Shown in pieces: positions 31,596-47,228 of a stretch of 64,000 bases of DNA. The stretch is taken from NCBI GenBank assembly GCA_002104945.1, contig MCFH01000050.1, forward strand, positions 186,001-250,000, written 5' to 3'. Each line of letters starts with the position of its first letter. The stretch's first letter is position 1. Source of the DNA: Piromyces finnis finn. Taxonomy: Eukaryota; Fungi; Neocallimastigomycota. A program made the position numbers and the translations under genes. Under the pieces are notes generated by a model. The model worked only from the letters and a program-made list of their open reading frames with translations. It did not search any database and was not told the DNA's origin.

Positions 31596-32525
31596 TTGTT
31601 TGTTTTTATTATGTTTTATAAATTATGTCATTTAAAATATGGACAATGAACGTATAATAATATTAATAATTAGGAAAGTAGATTAATTAGAATATACAAT
31701 AAAAAAAGTACATAATAGTTCAATAAATTACATAAAAATCGCATACTAAATAAAATGAATTTCATTATAAATTAGTATCATTTGATAATGAATAATGAAT
31801 AGCATAAATTGTCAATCAACAAACTTTGTTGCACTAAATGTAAAGTAATTCAATTTTATTTTTTTCTTTTATTTCAAAGTTATATAATGAAATATTTGGA
31901 ATTAATAAGCTGTAATGATGTCCTACATTATATCTTTAAATATAAAAATCATGTTTAATTTTTTTTCTTTTTTTATTATTTATTTATTTTATTTTATTTA
32001 TTTTATTTTATTTTTATTTTATTTTATTTTATTATTTTATTTTATTGTTTTATTTTATTTTATTTTATTTTATTATATATTTTTACTTTGTTATTTGAAT
32101 TTAATTTAAATATTTATATTTTTTTTTGTTCTGTTTTGTTATATATATATATAAATATATATACTTCGGAAAGTGTATTTTTTTTACATTATAAAAGAAT
32201 ATAATTTACTCTTTCTATTATTTTTTTTTTTTTAAACAAAATAATGATTGTAAGAAATTCTATATTAAAACTTGTTTTATAAGAAAAAATATAATGTGTA
32301 ATAATTAAATTTCTAGATTTTTTTTTTAATATTGTATTATTATATATATGTATAATTTGTATATTTTTAATTCTTGAAAAAACATAAATTCAAAATTAAA
32401 TATTTATATTATTAATATATCAAAATAAATCTTATAATTCTGAATTATATTGCCAGTTTCTATTTTTTTTTTTTTTAATATTCTTGAATTTAAATAGTAT
32501 TATATCATTGATCCTTTTATCTCAC

Positions 32526-35500
32526 TTATTTCATTTTCATACCTAAAAAATATATATATATTATATTTATTAAATAAGTAATTGTATTTTATTAAATATT
32601 ATTTTTTATTTTTATTTTTACTCTATTACTAATATTACTTTGTTCTAATTGAATAATGCTTTCTTCTTCAGCTTGTAATTCACGTTTCTTTTCTTCAAGT
32701 TCAGCCATTAATTGCTTTCTACGTTGGTTTAACTAGCATTTATGAAAATTATATATATAGATATATTAATTTTCATTATATTCTATAAAAAAAAACTTTT
32801 TAAAGCATAAATAACATATTTAAAAACTGAATAACTTACGTGTTCTTCACTTTCTCTAAGAACAGCTTCCTTTTCCTTTACTTTTTGTACAAACATTTGT
32901 CTCATTTCATCTTCCTTTTGCTTCATTTCATTCTTTAAAGTCTTTCTTTCATTTTCAATCTCTGCATAATTATATTTAAAATAATTACGATAATAATTAA
33001 TTACCCTATTTTTTTAATAATATAAAAATCAATTTATATGAATAAAACAGGGCATACTACTGTCATAATATTCATCACAAGCTAAGAAGGATTCTGGACG
33101 ACCCTTAGCACGAATTCTAGATGAACGGTATTGAGCATAGTGTGTGCTGTGAGTAGTTTCAATTAAATCTTGCATATTGGTTCTATTTATTTAGATTTAT
33201 ATATTTATATATTATATATTATATAATTATATATTTATTTAATTATTATTTTTTTAATACTCCATTATAATAATTTTGACACTTTTTTAACTAAGTGGTA
33301 AAATCAATTTTACTAATTATATTATAAATTTACCTGATAAGTAAATCTCTTAAATAAATGAAGTCACAGTGTTCAGTATTTTCAACTTCAACATAACCCC
33401 ATCTGTAAGTTCTTCCTCTAACTTTCTTACCATTAGATTCAACATAATCATCACTACCAATAACAGTAAATGGAATGTATCTCTACATAATATATATATA
33501 TTTATTTAATAATTAAATTAATTATTGATTGAAAATAATATCTTTAGTTTTTAAATAAAACATCATACTTCAATATCTGGAAGAGTTTCACGATCTTCAG
33601 CGTAAGCAGATGGGTAAATTCTAATATCATGCTTTTCAATATCTTGTAAAATCTTTTTGATTTTATATTATAAGACATTGAATAAAAATTAGTTTTAATT
33701 AATTATACTAATATATATATATATATATTCTTTAAATCAAAGATTGCATACTAATTGTTTTTGAATTTGTTGTTCTTCCTTAGTTAAACCATCAGCCTTA
33801 GAAATAACTGGGATAATGTTAACTCTGGTACATAAACGACCAAGGAACTCAACATCAATATCACGAAGACTATTATTTTATATTATTTATAATAAAAAAT
33901 ATATATTATTCATTAATAAATACTTGAAATAAGAATTTTAAGCATTTAATTCATAATGCCAAATGAATAAAAAAAATAAGAATTATTAATAAATATACCC
34001 CTTGCCAGTTGGTGGTAAGAAGTAAAGTACACAGTGAACTCTATTATCTTGAATATTTCTTCTCATTTCTTGAGATCTTTCGGCATGTAAATAGGTATCA
34101 TATTGAGTATCAATGTAATCAATAATTGGATCAAAGCTTTATTATTATTATTTTAAATATAATAATAGGCATTTAATTAATACATATATTCAATATAAAT
34201 GCAATAATTATCTTCAAACTATATATATTCTAAATATTTACTTAGTTTCACGATTTAATTGATCACCAAAACCTGGAGTATCAATAACAGTTAAATGTAA
34301 AGTAACACCATCTTCTACTAATTCTATTTACCAAAAATAAAATATAAATAAAGTGCATTAATATAATTGTGTTTGAAAAAAAAATATAATTTTACTATTC
34401 CATACAAGTATTTTTTAAATAAAATTTACCATAAGTAACTGGGTTAATTTTAACAGTCTTTAATGAAGAAAGATCTTTTGGTGGATTTTGTTCTTTTAAA
34501 GCAGAATCGAAAAGAGTGTTCCTATATTTTATTATATTTATAATTATCATTTATTATTCATAATTCTATCAAAAATACTACATGTATTATTAACTCTTTT
34601 ATAAAATAATTACATGAAAGTAGTTTTACCAAGACCAGATTCACCAACAACCTTTTTATATTTAATATTAAAAGAATTTAATTATTCATTAAATTACCAT
34701 TTAAAAATTATTAAAAAAAATACATCGATAAAACTTTAAATAGTATTATCTCTATTACCATAATGTTGAAAACGTATGGCATTCTCTTAGATCTTCTGAC
34801 CTTTTGTAATGGAAGATCACTGATACCAAGGGGCTCAGTAAGTCTAGCATTGAAAGAACCTGGTAACTTCCATGGTCCTGGGTCTGGGAATTGACCTCTG
34901 TATTGTAAAGCGTATTCCTTTAAAATAGAAATATATATATTAATTCTAAGGTTATTTTAAATTTTTTTTTATAATGTGTTTATTCCATGCATATATAATT
35001 GATTTGAGAGAAAATGTAGTATTGACGTTTCATTGGAAATTATTGTCTTTTACTGAAAATTCTCAAAATAATTAAAAATATACAAAATGATAATACATGT
35101 TTTATATTTATTATCGGATTTTTCAATATATATATATATTTTTTGAAAATAAAAAAGTATATAAGGATGATATAGATGATATATTAACTATTGTCTTTTA
35201 AAAAATAAATCAATTTTGTTTATTTACTTCAAAACATCTAAAAAATAAAGATATTTTAATATTATTGATTAATTATGAATTAGATGAATCAACAAAAACA
35301 TATTAATTAATAAGTTGAAAAAGGTTTGAACTTTGTTTACAATTTTCTTATACTCTATTAGACATTAGAATTAGCATTAAAATTTTCTAAATATTGAATA
35401 TTTTTATTAATTTAATTAACTAATTCTAGTCCTTTATTTTTGAAAGTACTTTTTATTTATATTGTATTTATTTTAACAAACATTATATTTATTAAATAAG

Positions 35501-35730
35501 AAATTCTTTTATATTTGTTTATTTTAAATTATTTGTTTATTTTTATTTTAATATTAAATTTGAAATTCTAGTAAAATTATCCTTGTTTATTGTTTATTTT
35601 TCTTTGGCTGCAAAGTAAATATATATATCTTCACTCTACTCCCATTGTCAATCATATATTAAGAATAGTTTTAAAATTATAATTATAAATAAAAATGGTC
35701 TTATTATTTAAATCTCCTTACCAAAGGCAT
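32526..35730 (-). CDS. Septin GTPase with C-terminal coiled coil (about 13 exons; both terminal exons are tentative)
   Basis: G1 [12 protein letters not shown], switch I SLKTVKI, G3 [20 protein letters not shown]4 [20 protein letters not shown] and coiled coil [15 protein letters not shown]. The internal exons from 34917 down to ~32640 are firm. The first exon ATG CCT TTG|gtaagg (35730-35722) and the last exon (..MKMK*, stop 32526) are my best guesses. Confidence 0.93.
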
Positions 35731-38006
35731 TATGAAATATTTATTTTTTAAATATTAACAAATAAATTAAAATCTAAAAATAAAAAGGTATTATATAAGC
35801 TATTTAATAAAAATAAAAAAGTATTTTATTAGTATTATATATCTTTATAATGTTTTAAAAATATTATTATACTTGTTTTTTTTATATTATATAAATACAC
35901 TTTGTTTATCTAAAATTGATTATTTACTTTTATATAATATATTTATTTTTTTTAGAAAAAAAAATTAATAATAAATTAAGAAAAAACAATAATTTTAAAA
36001 TTTGGTTTTTATTAAAATATGATATTTGTATTAAATTATGTGGAAAAAGTATTAAAGTCTTGAACTATTAATAAATCACGTTTTATCAATAAAAATGTTT
36101 TAAAAAGTTTTTTTTTTAAATATATTAATATACTAATATATTATTTAATAATATAAATTCAATGTATTATAAACATGAATAAATTGTATTACATAAAATT
36201 TATATTATTTTATTCAAACATTGAACTTTTATTAAATATATAAATTGTATCATATACAATTAATTGTTGATTAAATAAATATGGAAATATATTTTTTATA
36301 AAGACTTCATATATAAGCCAGCCATAAAATTATTAAAATTTCGTGAAAATAAATTTAAAAATATTACAATATTTATGATAAAAAATATTAACCATATGAA
36401 AATATATAGTAATTACAATTTTTTATATAATAGCTAATATGTTATAATAGTTAAAAAAAAAAAAAAGCTATGCTCTATAATATAAAAAAAAATATATAAT
36501 TATATAAATTGTATTATTATATTCAGTAAATATGGCTCATTATTAATCAATATTATTGGATAATAATATGTGATTGTATATTACATACGACCTTGATTGG
36601 TTTATTTTTAATAATAATTATTTATATAAAAATGTTTTTGTTCTAAAAAAAGTCAACAACAATAACTCTATTTAAAAGGTATGAAATATAATGTACAGAT
36701 ATGTATACACTATTCAAAACTATGTAAATATAATTATTTTAATGGTAAAATACAAAAAACTATAAATTAAAATTTAAAAAATTAATAGATGCCGTTTCTT
36801 TTAAAAAGCATATTTACTAGAAATAATTTTTTGAAAAAAAAAAATTATTTTATTTATATAATTAATTATTATAATATATAGTTTTTTTTATGTATATATA
36901 TTTTAATACTTTTTAATATTTCATACAAATATTAATCTTTTCTTTCTTTTTATATTTACCATGTTTAAATCAATAAAAAAAATTATTATTTATTTTATTA
37001 TTAATATTATTTGACTAATCTAAAGTGGCAACAAATATTTAAATTTCAACGGTTTTAAAAATGTTAATTTATAGAAAAAGGTACACAAATTAAAATGCAT
37101 ATTCTTAATAGATAAAATAAATTTTTATTTATTTATATTATTTATAATAATTAAAAATTCATTTCAATTGATTATTTTATAAAATATTTAAAATATTTAT
37201 TAATTTATCTTGGGAATTATAATCAATTTGTTTTGTTTAGAACAATTCATACAAAAATATTATTATTATTAAATCATTATTATGAAAGTAATATAAAATA
37301 TAATCTTACATAATTATGTATTTAATAATAAAATATATTTATGTTATTTCTATTATTGCTCTTTTTTTTTTTTTTTTTTATTTTCTATATATATATTAAA
37401 TGTATATACTAAAAAATATATATATTATATATATTATGATTGAATCAAATATTATTTATTATTTTCAATAATAGAATAATTTAATAGCATAATATAAATT
37501 ATTACTATAAACAATAAATAATATTTTTGGTATTTATTAATAATTCTTTTTAATTTCAAATATAATAACTAAAAAATTTCTTTAAAAGTATATATATATA
37601 TTGTATTTATAATATATTATTGATAATACTATTATTGTTATAATAGTAGCATCATTGACTAAATTATTAATTATTACTCTTAATTTAATCAATGTTGATT
37701 ATTGTAATAGTGTAAATGTTGATAATGTATATTACTATTATAAATTTTCATGATAATTTTTATATTTATTATTTCTTGATTGTTCGGTTATTCGTATTTA
37801 TTTTATTATTTTGTTTTTATTATTGTTTTTTATTTTTTCATTTATGTTTTTTGTTTTGTTTTTGTTATTGTTTTTTTTTTTTTTTTTTTATTATTATTAT
37901 TATTATTTGTTTTGTTTTATTTTATTTTATTTTTTAAATATAAATTCTAATATTGGTTGGTTATATTATACAAATAGGAATATCAAATTATTTACTTATA
38001 AATATT

Positions 38007-41000
38007 CTATTCATCTTCATTGATAACAAATATTTCTGTACTATCTTCATTATCAGAAGAATAGAATGGAATTTCACCATTCTTTACAGCTTCCATAATT
38101 TGATGTTGGTTCTTAATTTCAAATGTCATATAATCTCTCATATCAAGATACTCTTCTCTAATATTTGAAATTCTATTATTATGGGGTATTGACTAGAAAA
38201 AAAAATAAAGAATAAAAAACATAAATTAATCAACTTGAATATTTTTTTTTATTATATTCATTATTATTATATATATAATTAATAATACTTAAAACTTACA
38301 CCAAAATAATTTAATAGTTTTTTGTATTCATCTTCAGATTCATGAATTGAAAAACTATCAGTTTTTATTGGAACACTAGAAATAAATTTTGGAATCGTTA
38401 AAGGTGGTGTAGGCTCATCGGGTGACCTTATATTAGATTGTAAACAAAGCTGTGAAGCTGCTCTTTTAAGTCCACGTTTATTTAAATTTTCTATTGAATG
38501 TTTAACTTTTATAATATGAGGATTTAACTTTTTTAGTGTATTTATTGGAGGTGGAATAAATGGTGAAGTGGATTTTTCATCTGTTATAACATTCTTTGAA
38601 TTAGAAGGAGTAGGTATTGATGTATTTAAAGGACGAGGTGGTGTAGGTAAAGAAGTAATTAAATCATTTGAAGAAGATATTGGGATAGTGGTTCCATGAG
38701 GCGGAGGTATAGGAGTGGATGATGGTGATATATAGGCATGTTTAGCATTATTATGTACTGAACTGCTTGGACGACGATCCTCTGAACGTTTTGGAACAAC
38801 AAATTGATTTGAATTTTCATTAGAAGATTGACTTAAATTAATTAAACTGTCTTGACTATTTTTGTTTTGTACAAGAAGTTTTGCTATTAATTTTTCATTG
38901 ATTTCATTTAATTTATTCAACTTCATCTGGTATTCAAAATTCTCACGTGTAAGCGTATCTATAATTTCTTCAGCTTCATGAATTTTACCTTCTAAAACTT
39001 CATATTTCGCATTTCTAGCATGATTTTCATATTGTATATTACTATAATTTGGTAACATTTGCATCTCATTTACCAAATTCAAAATACGATTATTAGCTTC
39101 TGAAGGACTTGAAGAATAAACTCTAAAAATTTCATTTCTAAGTTGATGCATTTGTTGAACATAAAATCGTTGAAGAGATTCAAAATTTTCAACAACTTCT
39201 TGTTGAGTTATAAGAGCTTCATCTCTAGTTAAAATAATAGAACTTATTTCTGAACGAGCATTAGCTAATTCCTTTTCAAGTTGTTTAGAATTTTGCGTCA
39301 ATTTATCTACGTGTGAACGCAATTTTGAAATTTCATACCATGCAGATTGTAATTGACCTTCCTCTAGAGATTTCTTTAAACTATTATTAATATCAAACTT
39401 TCTTAATAAAGTTAATTCTTTTTCTAAATCTTGATTACGTGAAGTTAGAGTAGCAACTTTATTCATTAATACCTCACCATCCATAGACATATATTTTTCT
39501 TGATAGCTAATCATTTCTTGTATTTTTTGCTTTAAAACACAAATTTCATGACCTGATTCACTTATAGCAGTAATTAAATCCTTTTCATTAAAATGTAATT
39601 TACGAATATCCTCTCCACAATCATTAATAACGATTAAATATTCATCAATGTTACTTTGTAAGGATTTTTTATCATTTTCTAAGTTAACAATTGTTTCCAT
39701 TAATTTTAATATAATTTCTGATAATGCACTAATTTTTTTTTCATTATTTTTATCATTAGCTTTGCTCTCTATTAATTCATTACCCATTTCATTTATAGTG
39801 TTAAGAGAATCATTATACACCTTTTTCATATAATCAATTTTCTCTTTAAATGATTCATATAATTCTTCATCGAAAGATTCACCTGAAATTATAACTTCTC
39901 TGCAATTAGTATTATTATTATTACTATTATCTAAAGCAACAACTTCTTGTTGTTTTAAAGCATTAGCAATTTTATCAAGTTTTATTTCTATTTTATCAAT
40001 TGCATTGTTTTTATTAATGTCAGAATTTACTTTAATATTACTTAAATTTAACTGAACATCTTTAATACAATTACATAGTTGAGAATAAGTTTCTGATTTA
40101 AAGGATGAAATATCATTTACTAAACTTTTATTTATTACTAATTCGTTTAATTTATTAATTTTACTTTTATAATCATTAACTTGTTGAGTTAAATTTATAA
40201 TTTCTTGACCCATTTCATTGGCCATTAAATTATTATCTTTTCTTTCTACTTTTATTTTATCTTTTAGATTTTTTATTTCTTCACCAACTTCATTGATAAG
40301 TACAATAAAATCATCATTTTTCGTTTCTAAATCATTTATTATTGAAATTAATGCTTTAACACCAGTTTTTAAGTTTTCATCATCAGGTTTATTGTTAATT
40401 ACTTCTTCATATTGTTTTTTTAAATTAACAAACTTTACTTTTATATCATCATTTTCCTTTTCATTTTCTTTAACTAAATCAATATATGCTTGTTGGTCTT
40501 CGATAGTTTTATTTGCTTCATAAAGCTGGTGTTGTATATTAGCTAATTGGGATTCAACCTCTTTAGCCATATCTGATGTTATTTGTAATGATTGCCGTTT
40601 TATAAATTTTAGTTCTTCCACTTGACTTTTTAGTCTTGATCTCAATTGTGTACTTGTATTTTTAGACATTGATAATTCTTCTTTTAATGATATAATTTCA
40701 GCTTGTTGCTTATATATTAAATCCTTAACTATATCATCACAATTAATTTTATTTGTAATATATGATATCTTTTGATTTAAGTCTACTATTTCCATTTTAA
40801 AATAATTAATTTGTTCATATAATTCAGTATTAGCTTTTTCCAATTTTGCATTTTTCTGAATTTCAGAAAATAATGCCTCCTCTTGTTCCTCTATATACTC
40901 ATTCAATTTTTTATTTTCCTGAATTAAATCATTTATTCTATTATCAATTAAAGACTTTTCATTTGTAGAAGTATCTACATTTGAATTATTTAGAGTATTT

Positions 41001-41101
41001 CCTGTTGTTGCCTAATAGAAATAAATAAATATTTATTAATACTACATATTATATAAAATCATAAAATTTTATATTTAATATATATTCACATTTATTACCA
41101 T
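38007..41101 (-). CDS. Uncharacterised long coiled-coil protein with a Pro/Ser-rich C-terminal region (3 exons, ~966 aa)
   Basis: ATG-only first exon (41101-41099, then gtaata), a 2712-nt open exon 41011-38300, and a last exon 38192-38007 (SIPHNN...VINEDE*), all in phase 0. Heptad-rich. No family recognised. Confidence 0.8.
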
Positions 41102-41734
41102 CTTAATTTATTAATTTTATGATTACAAAAAGAAAAAAAAAAAAAAAAAAAAAAAGAAGAAGAAGAAGAAAAAATAAAAGCTACAATACTATATTTACTT
41201 AATTATGAAAATCTTTTGAATTAAAAATTTAAATTAAGAATAATATATTAGCACAACATTAACATTTAATTATATATTACTATTTATTAAAAAAAATAAG
41301 AAATATAATTTTATATAATTTTAAATTGAAGCTATATAATACCTTATAATATTAGTATTTTATTTCTTCCCTTAAATAGTGTTTAATTTGAATATAAGAA
41401 AACGAATACAAATTGTAGGTAATATATAATAAATATAGTATAGATTATTGATAATACTATTTAATTATTATTACTACATATATAAATTTCAAAATATATA
41501 TATATTATTTTTAAAAAATAGCAAAACTTGTGAAAATACTTTATTAGATTTATTTTTTTTTTTTTTTTTTGTTTTTGTCTTTGTTTTGTTTTTATTTCTT
41601 GTTTAAATTAATTAAATTTTAAAAAATATTTTATTTGAATATTTTTTAATTGCAATTAATTAATTATTACTTACAATTGTTAATATAATATTTTGTTTTT
41701 GTTTTGATTTAGCTTTAGCTTCGCTTTTTGTTTC

Positions 41735-41737
<3 letters not shown>

Positions 41738-41784
<47 letters not shown>
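41738..41784. repeat. (ATT)n microsatellite
   Basis: Read directly in the intergenic region. Confidence 0.9.
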
Positions 41785-41787
<3 letters not shown>

Positions 41788-44073
41788 ATTTAATTCTTCT
41801 ATTCAAACAAAAAAAAAATACCAAATTAAAAAATAGAATTAATAAAAATATTGCTTATTTAACACTATTTATTAACATTTTAATTAATATTAATTAAAAT
41901 TTATTTTTATATACATTGATAAATGATTATTTAAAATAACTAATATAAATGTAAAAACAAAATAAATTAGTATTCTAAATAATCGTTTATATATTTGCTA
42001 AAATAAAAATAAAATTCATTAATCAATTTTTTTTTTTTTTTTTTCTTTAAAGTTTTAAAGAAAAAAAAAATTAAAGAGAAAGTATAAAATATATATATAT
42101 ATATACTTTATAAATTTAAATTACATATTGAGTAATAAAAAAAGGTAGTTTAAATGATATTTAAATTTTATTTAATAGAAAAAAAAATAGTGATTTAATT
42201 TATTGGTTTTTAATATTAGTATTATTATTTTAATTTATTAGGATAATACAATAATACTACAAAAAAAAAACACAAATAATAATATTTTAATATATACAAT
42301 TTATATTATTTTTTGGAAAAAGGATATATTAAAAAAAATGATTATATTATATTGTTTAATTTATTTTATTATATACAATACCTTGCTAATTATTACACCA
42401 ACATTATATTACAATATAATTTATTATATAAATTATATTTTAGAATTTTTTAAATGTAATTAATTGAAAATTAGATACACAAAAAACTTAAAACAAATAT
42501 TAAATTTGAAATAGCAGAAAGAAGCCAATTTCTATCATCCTACAACAGTTCTATAATATTCTCTTCAAATAAAAAATAAAAAAGAAATGATTTTGATAGA
42601 GAAATGAATAATGAATTTTACTTTATATATACTAAAAATATAACGATTTTTAATATAATTAATAAAATCTATAATAATGAAGTATCAACTTTTATAATAA
42701 CAAATGAATACATTTAACTTTTAATAAAAAGTATAATCTTGGTTAAAGCTTTATTTTCAATTATACCAATAATATTAATTTGATTTATAATTATATAAAG
42801 CTATATGATAATTCATAATTATATTAAAAAATATTAATATAAATAGATAAAAAAAATACATCCATTTAATTGTATTTTAACAAATATACATAAATAGATT
42901 AAAAAACTTTTTTTTTCTTTATTATTCTATATAAAGGTTATCTACAAATATTCGTATTTTGATAAACAAATATATATTATAATAATTATATAAATATATA
43001 TTTTGATTCTATTATAGTATTAATATTACTATTTCAAATAATTAATATAACATAAAAAATGCATTTATGTTTAATAACTTTTTTTGGATTTATATGTTAT
43101 TATTACAATAAAAGCACCTTTTAAGCATTTTATGTAATTTTACATTATAAAAAAAACATTAATCATTATTTACCCTTTGAGTTTAAACAAAAACATTGTT
43201 GACTAACCATTTTACAATAATAGATGTTACACGAAATTAAAAAAAATATATGTTTGAAAAATGCCTATTTAGTAAAATTAATATATATAAAGTTTAAAAT
43301 TTAGAATTTTAAATATAAAATTTCAATTAAAAATAAATTAAAAATAATATACTGTAACATATTTATATATGCATTATTAAATGAATAAAACTTTAATTGA
43401 TAATATTCTATTAAATTAAATTTTGACAAATGAATGAAAGTTAAAAAATTATTATTATTTACAAATCTTGAATCTTAAATTAAAATTGTATAAAATTTTT
43501 GGAAAAAAAGATTAATTTAACTTGTTATATTTTGATAGTTATATTATTACATCGTTACATCTATAACATCAATATCACTTTATTATACAATGGAAAAATA
43601 GAAAAAAGAATTAATATTATTAGTAGTATTATTATAAATGCAAAAATGAATTTAAAAAATTTATTAATATATTTTATACATAATATATCGATGCATTGAA
43701 ATATTGGTATCTCAGTTTATATAATCAATATGAATAACATTATTAAAACTAATTATTTTATTTACTTATTAAATAATAAAATGACTTTTGTTGAAACAAT
43801 AATACATTTTAAACAATCAAAACTTTTAATTTTTAAGCTCATAATATTAATTATTATGCTTTTTTTTTTCTATTTTATTCATCTTTTTTATTTTACTCAT
43901 AATCTAACCTATACATCTTAGAAACCATAAGGATTAGTTTAAAATTAAAATTATTTATTATTATTTATCACATGACTATATTAATATTAATTAATTTTTA
44001 AAATAATTCAATTCCTATAAAAGAGTTATTTCTAATTATTTTTTTTTTAATTCTATAATTAAGAATAAACAAA

Positions 44074-46195
44074 ATGTCCTCTAAAACTGATAAAAGTGTT
44101 CTCCTTGATATGGGATTTGATGAAATAAAAATGTAATTTATAAACATATTTAAATATAAGTTACATCATTCATTTGTTTTTTTTTTTAAAAAAAAATTTA
44201 AAAGTAATAATAAAGTTTTTAATGCCTATTAAAATTAATTCCCTTCATTACTATTATTATTTTTCTTTTACACTCTTTTCCATTTGAATATCACATATAA
44301 TAATGTTAATTGTAGTAATAAAGCCTTAGCTGAAACTAATAATTCTGGTCTTCAACCAGCCATGGATTGGTAAAATTGAATTTAAATTTTGAGATGGATT
44401 ATACCTATTTATTATAAATATACCAATTTTTAATTATTTATATTCACAATAAAAAGGCTTTTTGAGCATGCTGATGATCCAATAGAAAGCTTTATTATTG
44501 AAGAAAGTAATAATAATGATAATAATAATAATGAAAATTCAGTTTCTTCTACAAATGATACTCAAATGGATGATAATTCTAATATTGAAGGTTTTTATTA
44601 TACATTGCTAAATTGGAATTTAAATTTTCATTAAAAATATTTTTATATATGTAATATTTTCTTTAAATTTTATGATATAACAATTTATCCATTTTTTAGC
44701 ATCTACCACTGGTGGTGTTGCACAATCTCTTATTTGTAATGTTTGTAAGAAAGTCATTAAAGATGGTATGTTAAAAAAAAAAATAAAATATTTTTGTAAT
44801 AATTATACTTTTTTAAAATTTTTCAATATATATTAAAATAATAATTAAACGGTATTATTATATAAAAACGTCAATGTATTTATTTTTGTTTATTTATTTA
44901 TTTTTATTTTATTTTTTGTTTTTTTTTATTTTTTTTTAGTTTTGAATTTAAATTTAGAAAATAAATTAAAATATTTATATATATGTTCCTTTTTTTCTTT
45001 TTCTAATTATTATAGCTCAAGCAGCAGAATTTCACGCTGTTAAAACTGGACATCAAGATTTTTCAGAATCAACTGAAGCTATTAAACCATTAACAGAAGA
45101 AGAAAAGAAACTAAAGTTAGAAGAATTAAAAGAGCGTTTAAAAGAAAAACGTTTAATGAAGCAAAAGGAAGAACAAGAATATGAAAAACAAAAGGAAAAA
45201 GTTAGAAGAAGAACAGGTAAAGAGTTAAATGAAGCACGTGAACGTATGGAAAAAGAAGAGCTTAAAAGAATCTATGAAAAAAAGAAGAGAGAACAAATAG
45301 AAGAAAAAAAAGCAAGGGCTAGGGTCAAGGCACAAATTGAACAAGATAGAAAGGAACGTGCAGCAAAGGTATTATATAATATTTTATATACTATTTTTAG
45401 TTTTAATAAAAAATAAAGTTTATTAAATAATGATTATTATGATATGTATACTAAGGCTGAAGAACAAAAAAGGTTAAGAGAAGGAAAAGCAATGTCTAAT
45501 AGTAGTTCTAGTGTTAGTCTTACCACAACACCATCAGAAAGTGTTGATTATTCTGAAACCAGCATTCAAGTTATTACAATTTTAATATGAAGTTTTTTAA
45601 GAATAAAATAAATTTAAGTATATTCATAATAATTATTTATATATAATTAATCAACATTATTAGATTAGAGCTTCAGGAATGCCTCCAATTGTACATGATT
45701 TCAATTCTACCGATACTTTAGAAAAAGGTTATTAATATTTTTAAATTTTAATTTAAGGATAAATTATTTTTAAAAAGTGTTTATTATTAATAATAACAAA
45801 TATATATATTTCAATAATAGTATATGAATTTTTATTGTCATCAAAGCCTGAATTTGCTGGATATTCATTTTCAACAACGTAAGTGTTATAATCTCGTATA
45901 TATATATATATTAAACATTTCAAATAAAACTTATTTTAATTATCATTTTGTTAATTTATTATAAAAATTTAAATAGTTATCCAAGAAAGGTTTTTACTGA
46001 ACAAGATAAAAGTAAAACTTTAAAGGAATTAGGTGATTAATTTATCAATAATTATATTTTTAACATATTTTTAATTTTATAATATTTTATAAAATAAAAA
46101 TAACTACTAATTATTCATTAATATCATTATAACAATAATAATAATAAAAAAAAGATCTTGTTCCAAGTTCTGTATTAGTTTTAGTTAACCACTAG
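44074..46195 (+). CDS. UBXN1: UBA - C2H2 zinc finger - coiled coil - UBX protein (UBXN1/SAKS1-like Cdc48/p97 adaptor; 10 exons)
   Basis: UBA: LLDMGFDEIKI|NKALAETNNSGLQPAMDW|LFEH. Zinc finger: LICNVCKK..AEFHAVKTGHQDFSES. Charged coiled coil: KPLTEEEKK...KAQIEQDRKERAAK. UBX: FSTT|YPRKVF..KTLKELD|LVPSSVLVL. Confidence 0.88.
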
Positions 46196-47197
46196 AATAA
46201 TAAGTAATAAATAAATTTGATATTAATAAAAAATCAAAAGGATTATAAATATATTAGATATCATAATAAAATTAAAAAACAAAATAAAGATTTTCTTATT
46301 ATATTGTATAAATAATTAACATCCTATTTCTAAAATTTAGCAGTTAATATATTAAACAAATACCATATATTAATAAAATTATAACTTTATAATTTAAATC
46401 TATGTTATAAGAAAAATTAAAAATAATTTATATGATTTAAAACATTGCTTGCTATTATTCAATATATAAAATCTTTATAATGATAAAAAGTACTTAAAAC
46501 CAAGAAATCGAATTAAATAATATTGTAATAATTAGCATTAATTTTTGGCAAAATAATATATAAATAATAATTTAGCTATCTTTTGTCAATTTACATTTAT
46601 AGTAATTAAAATAAGTATTAATATTTATTTAAATTTAGATTTTAAGCTTTTCAAAAAGTTATTTCTATTATTTTTATTTATTAATAAGGTTGATTTACTA
46701 CTTTTATATAAATTATTTATATGTAATCTATTTAATTGATTGATACTACATATATTTAGTTTAAGAGAAGATAATAATAATAATAATAATAATAACAACA
46801 ACAGTAAAATGAAAATTATATTCATGATTAATATGAAATGAAGAATAAATTAGTATTAATAATTTATGATAGTAATATTTTAATATATGAATATATTATA
46901 AAATATTATTAAGATTTTACAGTTTAAAATTTAAAGAAAAATATTTTTTTTATAAAGTATAAAAATAAAAAACATAAAAAACAAAAAAAAAAAAAAAAAA
47001 AAAAAAATAAATTCGTAATTGTATTAATTACTAAGATTTTTATTTATTAATAGAAGTTTATGCTTAAAAATCTCAAATCTTATTAATTATTAAGTTTAAA
47101 GTACTCTTAAAAAAAAAATAAAAATAAAATTAGGATTTATAAATTTTACCATTTATAATAGCTTCCTATATTTAAAAAAATCTATATATATTTTGTT

Positions 47198-47228
<31 letters not shown>

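Noticed and set aside
43199-43275. Branch-like GACTAAC followed by AG|ATG and a 16-codon exon-like stretch
   Set aside because: No compatible partner exons or recognisable product. It is at most UTR splicing.
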